Positions 55,644 to 64,000 of a DNA stretch of 64,000 nt are shown piece by piece. The notes beneath the pieces are model-generated. The model had not been told where the DNA came from. It did not search any database and saw only the letters and a program-made list of their open reading frames with translations. The position numbers and the translations under genes were made by a program. The first letter of the stretch is position 1; the number at the start of each line of letters is the position of its first letter. The stretch comes from an uncultured Eubacteriales bacterium (GTDB lineage Bacteria > Bacillota > Clostridia > Christensenellales > CAG-138), in the NCBI GenBank assembly GCA_902802575.1, contig CADCMN010000009.1, positions 375-64,374 of the forward strand, written 5' to 3'.

Positions 55644-56804
55644 TCAACACTTCCGCTTCAAGAATTCAAACAGAGTCTGATACTTGCGCACGCAGCGGAG
55701 CTTTTGCGCCGTGACGGCATAATCCTCCTCGGCGGTGGAGAAGACCATGCCCTGGCGCTGGATGAGGCCGATGCCGCGCAGGTCCTTCAGGGGGAAGGTC
55801 ATATCGCCGATGGTCAGCCGGTCCCGGTAGAGGGCCATGGGCCCGGTGGTCAGGGGCGTGAGACGGTGATCGTCCTCCTTCCGGTTCAAGGTCTGGCCCT
55901 CGTCCGAGAAGGCGGCTTCCTCTTCCAGGGTCTCCGCCAGCTGTTCCATCTCTCCGGTCTGCCATTTGTCCCAGGCAAGGGGCGTTTCAAAGGGCAGGTC
56001 CCGGCCTCGGAAGAAGCCGTATTCGTCCAGGGTCATGGAAAGCCCGCAGTCGCAGAAGAACCGGTCCCCCCGGCTGCGGAGGGTGTCGATCCTGTGGCAC
56101 TTGGGGCACAGATACAGGGCGGTTTCCAGCGTCTCGGCCAGGGCTTTCCCCTTGTAAGGTACGGGCTCTCGGGCCTGGGTCTCGTAGGCGTTTTCGTACA
56201 GATCCCGGGTGAGAAGGGCCAGCACCTCGTCCTCGCTCATCCTTTTCAGGTCTTCCGGCGGATACACCCCCACAGGCGCGCCGGTCATGCGGCCTTTGCG
56301 CCGATGGGTGCTCCAGCGAGGCGTGGAGAGATACCCGCCCGTGAGCCGATAGGTGATGAGGGTGCTCCTGGACAGCTTCACCAGCTTGGCGGTGGCTGGG
56401 GCGATGGGCAGGGTCTCCCCGGTGAAGGTCCGATTTCCTTCGGCGAACATGCACACGTTTCGCCCTTTTCTGAGCGTTCGCAGGATCTGCAGGGCTGCCT
56501 CCGCGTCGGTGGTGCCTTTGACGCGTTGGATGACGGAGGCGTAGCGGGTGACGATCTTGGACAGGAAGCCCATGCGCATCACATTTTCGCCGGCCACATA
56601 GTACATGTGCTCGGGGAAGCTAAGCCCCACCAGGATGGGATCGAAATCCGTCACGTGATTGCTCAGAATGAGGCAGGGGCCCTCCGCCTTGGGGCCCAGC
56701 TCAAAGGAATAATTCAGCAGCCCCTTCATCAGCAGCTTCGCCGCCGGATACAGAGCTTTGTACGCCTTTCGTTGACGCTGATATGCCCGTTCATCCTCCG
56801 CCAT
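55644..56804 (-). CDS. Lysophospholipid (PlsC-family) acyltransferase with a C-terminal extension
   Basis: The ATG at 56804 follows CCAGGAGGAAAAGCC. It has a canonical HX4D box (SNHVTDFDP) and FAEGNRTF. The C-terminal half carries a CPKC...CDC zinc-ribbon-like pair. Confidence 0.7.
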   Translation of the reverse strand: MAEDERAYQRQRKAYKALYPAAKLLMKGLLNYSFELGPKAEGPCLILSNHVTDFDPILVGLSFPEHMYYVAGENVMRMGFLSKIVTRYASVIQRVKGTTDAEAALQILRTLRKGRNVCMFAEGNRTFTGETLPIAPATAKLVKLSRSTLITYRLTGGYLSTPRWSTHRRKGRMTGAPVGVYPPEDLKRMSEDEVLALLTRDLYENAYETQAREPVPYKGKALAETLETALYLCPKCHRIDTLRSRGDRFFCDCGLSMTLDEYGFFRGRDLPFETPLAWDKWQTGEMEQLAETLEEEAAFSDEGQTLNRKEDDHRLTPLTTGPMALYRDRLTIGDMTFPLKDLRGIGLIQRQGMVFSTAEEDYAVTAQKLRCVRKYQTLFEFLKRKC

Positions 56805-57023
56805 GGCTTTTCCTCCTGGTTCATTCCTCCCTACTATACCCTCTTTCCGCATCCCTGCGCAAGAGGGAAAAAGAAAAACAGGGACGGCAGGCTGTCGAAA
56901 AAGGCGGCAGACCATTTGCGGCGAATACTATCGGAATGCTGCCGGCAGGTAGAAATGGCGCTGGAAAGCGCCATTTCTTATGAATAAGCGCCGCAAATTA
57001 GCCGGTTTTCCGGCCCGTCGCAT

Positions 57024-57058
57024 AGCACAAAACGAGCCGCCGGTTTCCCGGCGGCTCG
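57024..57058 (-). terminator. Intrinsic terminator following the orphan 3' gene fragment
   Basis: On the minus strand: CGAGCCGCCGG-gaaa-CCGGCGGCTCG followed by TTTTGT. Confidence 0.7.
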
Positions 57059-57073
57059 CGGTGGTTGGTTCGT

Positions 57074-57210
57074 TTATTTCTTCTTCAGGGTGACGATTTT
57101 GGAATCGGCGGTGAGACCCTCTGCGGTAGCCGTGCAACGGAACTGCCAGCCGAAGTTGTCCTCCCCGGCCTGGACGGTGAACTTCGCCTTCGCGCCGCTC
57201 TTTGAGACGA
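57074..57210 (-). pseudogene. Orphan 3' end of a coding sequence (no start codon), probable gene remnant
   Basis: The frame reads ...IVSKSGAKAKFTVQAGEDNFGWQFRCTATAEGLTADSKIVTLKKK*. No ATG, GTG or TTG lies in frame back to the upstream TGA at 57281-57283. It is bracketed by two terminators. Confidence 0.35.
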
Positions 57211-57227
57211 TTGCAAGTAAAAGAAAC

Positions 57228-57255
57228 GGCGAAGGCGGAAAACCGATCCTTCGCC
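57228..57255 (-). terminator. Intrinsic terminator after the alpha/beta hydrolase gene
   Basis: GGCGAAGG-atcggttttccg-CCTTCGCC followed by GTTTCTTTT on the minus strand. Confidence 0.6.
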
Positions 57256-57280
57256 GTTTTGTAAATGCCGTGGGGAGAGG

Positions 57281-58009
57281 TCATTCCCCCAGAATGAGAG
57301 ATTCGATCCTTTTTACCGCCCAGGCGGTCTGTTCCGCCCGGGAGACGGCGGCCAGGCCGTCGCCCTTTTGGGGGCCGTAGTCGCCGAACTGGGCGTGGTT
57401 GCCGCCGGGAAGCTCGAAGGAGAGGGCGGAGGCCGGCAGGTATTGTTCGCCCGCTTTCAGCTTTTTACGGTTCAGGACCCCGTCCTCGCTGCCGTGGAGC
57501 TCCAGCACCGCCAAATGCTCACCGAGAGGCTTGGTGGCGTAGGCGGCCAGCAGGATGAGACCGTCGAGGCCGTCCCCGTGCTCGGCGGCATAGACGGCGG
57601 CCATGGCGCCGCCCAGGGAGTGACCGCCGATATACCAATGCTCATACGCGTATGCGGCCCGGAGATCCGCGGCGGCGTTCACATTCAGAAAGGCCATGTT
57701 GAGGGGCATGCGCACCAAAAAGCAGTCCACCCCGTCCTCCGCCAGGGCCGTGAGCAGGGGCAGATAGGCCGTGGGTTCCACCTTGCCGCCGGGGTAAAAG
57801 ATCAGGGCGTCTTTGGCCCCCGGCCCGTCCAGAAGCCAGCCGGCATCCGTGGTCTTCACCTGCACGGTTTCGCTCCCACGGACGAGAGCTTTCGCTTCAG
57901 GGGAAGCGTGGCAGAAGGTCCCAAAATAGATCCCGCCGACCAGGCACAGCAGGGCAAAAGCAAGGCCCGCCAGAATCAGGGTGCGCTTTATCTTACGGTT
58001 CACGGTCAT
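57281..58009 (-). CDS. Membrane-anchored alpha/beta hydrolase
   Basis: The ATG at 58009 follows GGAGGAA. It has an N-terminal TM segment (TLILAGLAFALLCLVGGIYFG) and the nucleophile elbow GGHSLGG. Confidence 0.7.
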   Translation of the reverse strand: MTVNRKIKRTLILAGLAFALLCLVGGIYFGTFCHASPEAKALVRGSETVQVKTTDAGWLLDGPGAKDALIFYPGGKVEPTAYLPLLTALAEDGVDCFLVRMPLNMAFLNVNAAADLRAAYAYEHWYIGGHSLGGAMAAVYAAEHGDGLDGLILLAAYATKPLGEHLAVLELHGSEDGVLNRKKLKAGEQYLPASALSFELPGGNHAQFGDYGPQKGDGLAAVSRAEQTAWAVKRIESLILGE

Positions 58010-58242
58010 TTCCTCCAAACAGACAGGGCGGCGGCAGATACGGGGACGGCCTGTGGCCTTGCCGCGGCGCAAGCCGCCTGTCGCGGTGGTCCTACTCTAT
58101 CCCCATACGGTCGGAATGTCAAGGGAAAAGGATCGGGGACCTGTCCCTTGGGCCGTCCGCCGCAAATGACAATACGCTCTTGATTCGACAGGGAAAATAC
58201 GGTATACTTTCATACATATTATAGTAGGAGATTGTGCGCTCC

Positions 58243-59769
58243 ATGAACAAAAGACGTCTGTTTCCCTGGATCCTGTGCCTCTCGGCCCTGATGCTTCTAT
58301 GCGGTTTATCGGTCCGGGCGGAGGAAACGGAGCCAGAAGCGGAAGACATCACCAAGGGTTTCACCTTCATCAAGAACAGCTCGGAGACCAGCGCTCTGTA
58401 TTCTCATGACGGAAAGTATCTGTCCTACAACACCTACGGACCCCATGACGTGCTGCTGATCCAGCCCAAGGGCGAACAGACCCTGGGCTCCCTGTACTTT
58501 CGTCTGGGGACCCAGAACGCCCGGATGACGCTGCGGCAGTTTGACCGGCACGGAAAGCTGCTTCAGACCTCCGATCTGGACGCGGACGGGCTTTTCTGTA
58601 TCGTCAAACTGGCGGAGGGATGCAGCCGGATGGAGCTCACCGCCCGGGAGGAGCCCTTCGACCTGTGTGAATTGACCATACTGGGGCCCGGCCGGATCCC
58701 TGACAATATGCCCCAGCCCGAGCCCTCCGTGACGCGAACGGACTTTCTCATCGTCACCACCCATCCCGACGATGAATGGATCTTTTTGGGGGGCGTGTAT
58801 CCCATCTATGCCGCGGAGCGCGGCTATACCGGCACCTTCGCCTATGTGACCACCTCCAAAATGGGGCGAGCCCACGAGGCCATCAACAGCGTTTGGTCCG
58901 CAGGCATGCGCACCCTTCCCTTTTTCCTGGGGTTTCCGGACGTCTCCGGGTCCCAGTCTGCCAGCAAAAAGGCCGCTTTCAAGGCGGAGGAGGTCACGCT
59001 GGCCCTGGTTCGGCTGTACCGAAGGATCAAACCCCTGGTGGTGGTGACCCAGGACCCGGAGTCCGGCGAGTACGGCCACTGGCAGCACATTATCTCCGCC
59101 CGGTCCGCCCTGGAGGCGGCCACCCTGGCTCAGGATCCCACATACGATCCGGAATCGGCGGCGGAGTGGGGCACCTGGACGGTGAAGAAGGTGTATCAGC
59201 ATCTGGCCGAGAACGGCCGTATCCTGCTGGACGTCTACGCTCCTTTGACGGCGTATGACGGTATGACGGCCTTCGAGGTGGCCAAACGAGCCTTCGCCGA
59301 GCATAAGTCCCAGCAGCAGTATTCCTATCGCCCCACCAAGAAAGACCACGGCTTCTACGATATGCGTCGCTTCGGTTTGACCTACACTTCGGTTGGGCCG
59401 GACACGGGCAGCGATATGTTCGAGCATATCGAACACGATGAGTTGGCGGAGGTGATCCTGAACGCCACGCCCACGCCGGAGCCCACGCCGGAACCCACCC
59501 CGACGCCCACGCCCACGCCGGAACCCACGCCCACACCCACGCCGACCCAGGCGCCCACGGAGACGCCGGAGCCCACGCCGACCCAGGCCCCCACCGCGGC
59601 GCCGACTTTGACGACGGCGCCAACGGACATGCCGGCACCCATCGAGACCGCGGCGGATCAGGCGGCTGGCGGCGGCTGGACGGCGGCGGTCATCGTCGGG
59701 GGGCTGTTGCTGCTGGCGGCGGCGCTGAGCTGTGTCCTGGTGCGCAGGATACGGACCCGGCGCAGATAA
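58243..59769 (+). CDS. Secreted, C-terminally anchored PIG-L/LmbE-family deacetylase with intact catalytic motifs
   Basis: Signal peptide, beta-rich N-domain, [16 protein letters not shown] plus a downstream HWQH (HxxH), a Pro/Thr linker ([32 protein letters not shown]...) and a C-terminal TM plus RRIRTRRR. The ATG at 58243 is preferred to the GTG at 58234. Confidence 0.75.
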   Translation: MNKRRLFPWILCLSALMLLCGLSVRAEETEPEAEDITKGFTFIKNSSETSALYSHDGKYLSYNTYGPHDVLLIQPKGEQTLGSLYFRLGTQNARMTLRQFDRHGKLLQTSDLDADGLFCIVKLAEGCSRMELTAREEPFDLCELTILGPGRIPDNMPQPEPSVTRTDFLIVTTHPDDEWIFLGGVYPIYAAERGYTGTFAYVTTSKMGRAHEAINSVWSAGMRTLPFFLGFPDVSGSQSASKKAAFKAEEVTLALVRLYRRIKPLVVVTQDPESGEYGHWQHIISARSALEAATLAQDPTYDPESAAEWGTWTVKKVYQHLAENGRILLDVYAPLTAYDGMTAFEVAKRAFAEHKSQQQYSYRPTKKDHGFYDMRRFGLTYTSVGPDTGSDMFEHIEHDELAEVILNATPTPEPTPEPTPTPTPTPEPTPTPTPTQAPTETPEPTPTQAPTAAPTLTTAPTDMPAPIETAADQAAGGGWTAAVIVGGLLLLAAALSCVLVRRIRTRRR

Positions 59770-59781
59770 GGAACGAACGAT

Positions 59782-62307
59782 ATGATAAAACGAACGATCA
59801 TTTTTATCCTGCTGCTGGCCATGACGCTGAGCGTCGCGCTCCCGGCAGCGGCGGCGGAAACCTCGTGGGAGCTGCCGTATGAGCTTACCGTGCCCAAGGG
59901 ACGGGAGGCGGCCGCCGACCATCTGAAGGATAACGATTACCGCACGCGGTTCACCTTGGCCCAGGGCCAATCCCTGTCCATCTCCTGGACGGAGGAGGCC
60001 GGCGGGGTGCTGCTGCAGTGGTTCGACGAGAAGGTGTGGTACAACCATACCTGCTATGCCACGATCCGTTTCTTTGACGGGAAAGGACGGCGGGTGAAGG
60101 AGATGTCCAACGTCCCGCTGTCCTATCGCATGTTCCTGCCGGCGCAGGGCGTTCAGCGAATAGATATCCTCTGTCCGAATCGCCGGGACGCCACCATCAG
60201 CCTGTGCGAAGTGAAGGTATGCGCGCCCGGCTATGAGCCGCCCAACCTGGCCAGGGAAGAGAAAGTGGATCTGATGCTGGTCCTGTCCGCCGTCAGCGAC
60301 GAGCTGGACATGCTGGGCGGTTTGCTGCCCCTGTATGCGGGAGAGCATGGCATCGAGACGGCGGTGGTGTATGTGGGTCGGGACGACGGCAACCAGGTCC
60401 AGGAGGCTTTTCGGGCCCTGGATGCCATGGGGCTGGACGTGATCCCCCTGTTCCTGCAGCGGGAGGACCATAGGACCTACAATCAAGGCCGGCTTTCCTC
60501 CCTTTGGAAGGAGGCCAAGCTCAAGGACCAGCTGGTGGAGCTGTTCAAAGCCTACCGGCCCAAGGTGGTCGTGACCCTCGATCCTAAGGACACTAAGACG
60601 GCGGCGCGGGCCAGGTATACGGCAACGCTGGTCAGGGACGTGATCGTCAAACTGTCGGGGGCCAAAAAACTGGAGGTGCAGAAGCTCTATCTTCTGTCCC
60701 CGGAGGGGCAGACCGAAGTGGACGGGACCCAGTCTCTGGCGGTCTATGGGGGCCGCGCGGCCGTGGACGTGGCCCGAGAGGCGTACGCCAGCTACCGGTC
60801 GGAGGTCTCCTACCGCACGGTGATCCCGGAAAGCCTCCGCTTCACGCTGGCGTATACCAAGGTGGGGGATGACGAGGCGGCCAACGATCTCTTCGAACAT
60901 TTGAACACGGAGGACCTGATCCGGTATCAGGCGCCTACGCCGGCGCCGACGGCCACGCCTGCGCCGACAGAAGCGCCCACCGCCACGCCCACCGCCACCC
61001 CCACGGCGACGGTTGCGCCGACAGAAGCGCCCACCGCCGCGCCCACGCTTTTGCCCACGGCCACACCGATCGTTGAAGACCCGGGCGAAGAAGCCGGATC
61101 CAAGGCGCCCGCGCCCCGGTGGGGACCGCTTCCCTTGGCCTTGGCCCTGTATGGGGCGGCCGCCGTCCTCGTGGTGATCGGCCTGTGCCTGTTGAAGAAG
61201 AAGCGGTCCATCGCTTTGGTGCTGCTGGCGATAGGGAGCCTGCTGGCGTTTGTGGGGTATGCCCTGGGCAAGCCCCGTCAAGCCGGCGACGATCCCTCCG
61301 CGCAAGCCGCGGCCACGATCGAGGCGGCGCCCGCCCACACGCCAGCGGCCACCTTGATCCCCTCTCCCACCCCGGCCGAGGCCCCTGCCGTCACCGAAAC
61401 GCCTGTCGCCGCGGAGACGCCCCTCGCCTCAGCGGAGCCCACAGAGACGCCGGAAACGGACGATCAGTATTTCCGGCAGCCCGGCGATCCGGCGGAAGTG
61501 GTGATCCAGGATTATGACGCCGGTCACTGGGAATACCGTTCCGACATCCTGTCCGTCATCATCGATCGGTATACCACCCGGGAGAATGATCGTCCCTACT
61601 GCAAGTATATCGCTCACGTGCGCATGCGCCAGATCAACAGCTTCCGCTCCATCGTGACCTCCCGCCATCAGACGGCCAGCGCCAACGAAGCCCCCTGGCG
61701 GCTGGCTCGGAACTATAGGGCGGTCCTGGTCATCACGGGAGACAACATCAACGAAGCGGACGTGGATATGAAGGGGATCCTGATCCGAAACGGCATCCTG
61801 TATGCCGAACGATCGGGAGAAAGCACCATGGTCATCGACGACGATATGACCATGCGCGTCTTCCGCCCCGGGGAGATATCCGGCCTGGATCTGCTGGACA
61901 GCGGCGTGCTGGATTCCTACAGCTTCGGTCCCATCCTGGTGGAAAACGGACAGGTGAACCCGGACGCCGACAAGCACCGGGTCTTCAAGCCCAACCCCCG
62001 CTGCGGCGTAGGCATGGTGAAGCCGGGCCATTTCGTGGCCATCGTGACGGACGGTCGGGATGAGGCGCGCGCCTATGGATACACCCTCAGCAGCTTTGCT
62101 CAGCTGTTCGTCAACGAAGGGGTGCAGATCGCCTACAATCTGGACGGCGGCAATTCTGCGGGCATGGTGTTCATGGGCGAGCATGTGAACTGGCATTCCG
62201 TGGGGACCCAGCGGACCTGGGCCGACGGATTGGCGTGGGGGTACTCCCAGCTGGTGCCCCAGCCCAAGGATCCCATACATCATAGAGGAGTGGGGACAAA
62301 CTACTGA
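59782..62307 (+). CDS. Membrane-anchored fusion of a degenerate PIG-L-like domain and a phosphodiester glycosidase (NAGPA) domain; paralog of 12162-14732
   Basis: 841 aa. Signal peptide, beta-rich domain, an LmbE-like fold with SAVSDE in place of HPDDE, PT linkers flanking 2 TM segments, and a C-terminal RAVLVITGDN...SFGPILVENG...NPRCGVGMVKPGHFVAIV...AYNLDGGNSAGMVF. Confidence 0.75.
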   Translation: MIKRTIIFILLLAMTLSVALPAAAAETSWELPYELTVPKGREAAADHLKDNDYRTRFTLAQGQSLSISWTEEAGGVLLQWFDEKVWYNHTCYATIRFFDGKGRRVKEMSNVPLSYRMFLPAQGVQRIDILCPNRRDATISLCEVKVCAPGYEPPNLAREEKVDLMLVLSAVSDELDMLGGLLPLYAGEHGIETAVVYVGRDDGNQVQEAFRALDAMGLDVIPLFLQREDHRTYNQGRLSSLWKEAKLKDQLVELFKAYRPKVVVTLDPKDTKTAARARYTATLVRDVIVKLSGAKKLEVQKLYLLSPEGQTEVDGTQSLAVYGGRAAVDVAREAYASYRSEVSYRTVIPESLRFTLAYTKVGDDEAANDLFEHLNTEDLIRYQAPTPAPTATPAPTEAPTATPTATPTATVAPTEAPTAAPTLLPTATPIVEDPGEEAGSKAPAPRWGPLPLALALYGAAAVLVVIGLCLLKKKRSIALVLLAIGSLLAFVGYALGKPRQAGDDPSAQAAATIEAAPAHTPAATLIPSPTPAEAPAVTETPVAAETPLASAEPTETPETDDQYFRQPGDPAEVVIQDYDAGHWEYRSDILSVIIDRYTTRENDRPYCKYIAHVRMRQINSFRSIVTSRHQTASANEAPWRLARNYRAVLVITGDNINEADVDMKGILIRNGILYAERSGESTMVIDDDMTMRVFRPGEISGLDLLDSGVLDSYSFGPILVENGQVNPDADKHRVFKPNPRCGVGMVKPGHFVAIVTDGRDEARAYGYTLSSFAQLFVNEGVQIAYNLDGGNSAGMVFMGEHVNWHSVGTQRTWADGLAWGYSQLVPQPKDPIHHRGVGTNY

Positions 62308-63890
62308 TGAAACGAATGCTTTGGCTATGGCTGATCCTGGCCGTCGTGCTGGGAAACGCGTGCTGCGTTGATTCCCAACAGAAACCGGCTCAATCAGAAT
62401 CGATCCCTCGCACATCGGAACCGGCTGCTCCGACCGCCGCCCCGGCGGCTGCCGCCGCGTCCACGGCTAAACCCACTTCCGAGCCCATCGTGCTGGCCGG
62501 GCAGGCCTATCGCGGGGATGAAACGGCCCTGTCCCTGGTCCTGACGGCGGAGGAAATGCCTCTGCTGGATCGGTTTTCCCGTCTTGAGACGCTGGACCTT
62601 TCCGGCAGCGCCTGCTATGCCCAGATCTTGGCTTATGCACAGGCTCACCCCCAGGTGCGCGTGGTCTACACCGTGGACGTGGAGGGACAGGCCGTTCCCT
62701 CTGATGCGGAGGAACTGACGCTGTCCGCCCTGACGGATCCGGGGCTTCTGACCTATCTGCCCCGGCTGAAATCGGTGACGATGAGCGCCCCCCTGCCCCT
62801 GGCGGAGGCGGAAGCGCTGCATGCGGCCGCCCCCCAGGCCAGCCTTGGCGGCGAGCTGACTTTTGCGGGGTTGACCGTGCCCCTGGACGCGGAGGCCCTG
62901 GATCTGTCGGCGGTAGCCCCTGAGGACGTGGATGACTGCCGGCGGGCCGTGGCCCTGCTGCCGCAGCTGAAGCAGGTGGAGTTGGACCCGGCGGAGGGGG
63001 AGTCCCCCTGGACGCTGGAGGAGGCCGGGTCCCTGGTGGTCCAGTATCCGGACCTTTTGGTGCAGTACACCGCCACGGTCTTTGGGGTAACCTTCTCCTT
63101 GACGGATGAGGTGGTCAGCTTCAACAGGATCGATCTGAAGGATCAGGAGGCGGAGCTGCGGCGCATCCTGCCCTATATGGCCCATGTTGGGCGGCTGGAT
63201 ATGGAATACTGCAACATCCCCGACGAGAGGATGGCAGAACTCAGGAGCGACTTTCCCGCCCCCAAGATCGTCTGGCGGGTGTTCCTCAAGGGCCGGTATC
63301 ACTGCCGGACCGACGCCATCATGATCCGCTTCTCCAACGACTCGGATGGGGAGCGGCTGTATGATAAGGACACCCATCCCCTGATCTATTGCAATGAACT
63401 GAAGTACGTGGACCTGGGCCACGATAAGATCACCGACGCCTACTTCACCGCCTATATGCCGGAGCTGGAGGTGCTCATCCTGGCCGTGGGGGAGATCACC
63501 GACATCTCCGCCCTGAAGAACTGCCCCAAGTTGGAATACTTGGAGATATTTACCGGCCATCTGACAGATATCTCCGTTTTGGCGGAGCTGAAGAATCTGA
63601 AGCATCTTAACATGGCCAACAACAAGATCAGCGATATCACGCCCCTGTTCGAGCTGAATCTGGAACGGCTGTTCCTGTCCCGCAACCCCATTCCCAAGGA
63701 GCAGATCGAGGCTTTCCGGAAGCGCTTCCCCAACTGCGATGTGGATTCCGTTTTGAGCAATCCCACGGGCGGCACCTGGCGCAAACCCGGCGGACGGTAT
63801 ACGCTGCTGCGCAAACAGCTCAGTTACGACAACGTAAGCATCAACACGTATTCCGCTTTCAACCAACCCTGGACGCCTGAAACCCCATGA
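62307..63890 (+). CDS. Secreted leucine-rich-repeat (internalin-like LRR) protein
   Basis: 527 aa with a signal peptide, an Ala/Pro-rich linker and repeated LxxLxLxxNxIxDIxxL units (LKNCPKLEYLEIFTGHLTDISVLAELKNLKHLNMANNKISDITPL...). Its start overlaps the upstream stop (TGATG). Confidence 0.75.
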   Translation: MKRMLWLWLILAVVLGNACCVDSQQKPAQSESIPRTSEPAAPTAAPAAAAASTAKPTSEPIVLAGQAYRGDETALSLVLTAEEMPLLDRFSRLETLDLSGSACYAQILAYAQAHPQVRVVYTVDVEGQAVPSDAEELTLSALTDPGLLTYLPRLKSVTMSAPLPLAEAEALHAAAPQASLGGELTFAGLTVPLDAEALDLSAVAPEDVDDCRRAVALLPQLKQVELDPAEGESPWTLEEAGSLVVQYPDLLVQYTATVFGVTFSLTDEVVSFNRIDLKDQEAELRRILPYMAHVGRLDMEYCNIPDERMAELRSDFPAPKIVWRVFLKGRYHCRTDAIMIRFSNDSDGERLYDKDTHPLIYCNELKYVDLGHDKITDAYFTAYMPELEVLILAVGEITDISALKNCPKLEYLEIFTGHLTDISVLAELKNLKHLNMANNKISDITPLFELNLERLFLSRNPIPKEQIEAFRKRFPNCDVDSVLSNPTGGTWRKPGGRYTLLRKQLSYDNVSINTYSAFNQPWTPETP

Positions 63891-63895
63891 AAAAA

Positions 63896-63925
63896 GCGGC
63901 CATCCCGACGGGATGGCCGCTTTTT
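63896..63925 (+). terminator. Intrinsic terminator after the LRR gene
   Basis: GCGGCCATCCC-gac-GGGATGGCCGC followed by TTTTT. Confidence 0.85.
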
Positions 63926-63937
63926 AAGACTGGTCGC

Positions 63938-64000
63938 TTATCTCTGGGCCCGATGCTTGGCGAAGCAGGCGGAGCAGTAGATGGGCTTGTCGTTCCGGGG
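63938..64000 (-). CDS. 3' end of a CDS cut by the window edge (C-terminal CxxC zinc-ribbon-like tail)
   Basis: The reverse strand reads ...PRNDKPIYCSACFAKHRAQR* with a TAA stop at 63938-63940. Only 20 codons are visible. Confidence 0.35.
   Translation of the reverse strand, partial: PRNDKPIYCSACFAKHRAQR

Noticed and set aside
56928-57284. 118-aa minus-strand ORF from the track
   Set aside because: The frame crosses two terminator hairpins and has no RBS. The neighbouring frame contains the more protein-like orphan 3' fragment that is reported separately.
58306-61338. 1010-aa minus-strand ORF, the longest in that region
   Set aside because: It lies antisense to the two PIG-L-family genes. 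The product is dominated by R/G/P runs (mirror images of the Pro/Thr linker codons) and lacks any domain signature.

Overview
This window looks like the chromosomal replication-origin region of a high-GC, spore-former-type Firmicute (Clostridia, Oscillospiraceae-like; spo0A is present). All calls come from reading the sequence and the ORF translations; no searches were run.

Layout:
- 1-11.9 kb (minus strand): an edge tRNA and a dcw cell-division/cell-wall cluster, rsmH-ftsL-PBP-murE-mraY-murD-ftsW-murA-ftsQ.
- 12.2-17.5 kb (minus strand): a large surface protein directly downstream of dnaN, then dnaN, an oriC-like spacer and dnaA.
- From 17.7 kb (mostly plus strand): alpha/beta hydrolase, DUF951, two signal peptidases, a serpin lipoprotein, leuS (minus), lgt, soj-spo0J flanked by two parS sites, mmcQ, yhaM (minus), mnmG-rsmG-pth-mfd, a PrsA-like lipoprotein, an acyltransferase, a PAP2 protein and spo0A.
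- 39.7-47.1 kb: a polytopic GT-C-like membrane protein, an MTAP-like phosphorylase with holA (minus), a LytTR/DUF3021 pair, a second ParB/Noc-like gene (minus), ferredoxin, and an ECF sigma/anti-sigma pair (minus).
- 47.3-64 kb: thpR-addB-addA-rsmF, an acyltransferase and a hydrolase (minus), then three secreted or anchored proteins (PIG-L deacetylase, a PIG-L-like/phosphodiester-glycosidase fusion, and an LRR protein).

Most notable observations:
1. A perfect 49-bp tandem duplication frameshifts and splits mfd.
2. A dense DnaA-box cluster lies about 22 kb from dnaA, between spo0A and a strong promoter.
3. The dnaA-dnaN spacer has an oriC-like order: AT-rich tract, TAG-period trios, GC cluster, DnaA boxes.
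4. Three surface proteins form a paralogous PIG-L/NAGPA family. Only the stand-alone copy keeps the catalytic deacetylase motifs.
5. parS sites sit exactly at the boundaries of the parAB operon.

No rRNA, CRISPR array, IS element or phage gene was recognised.
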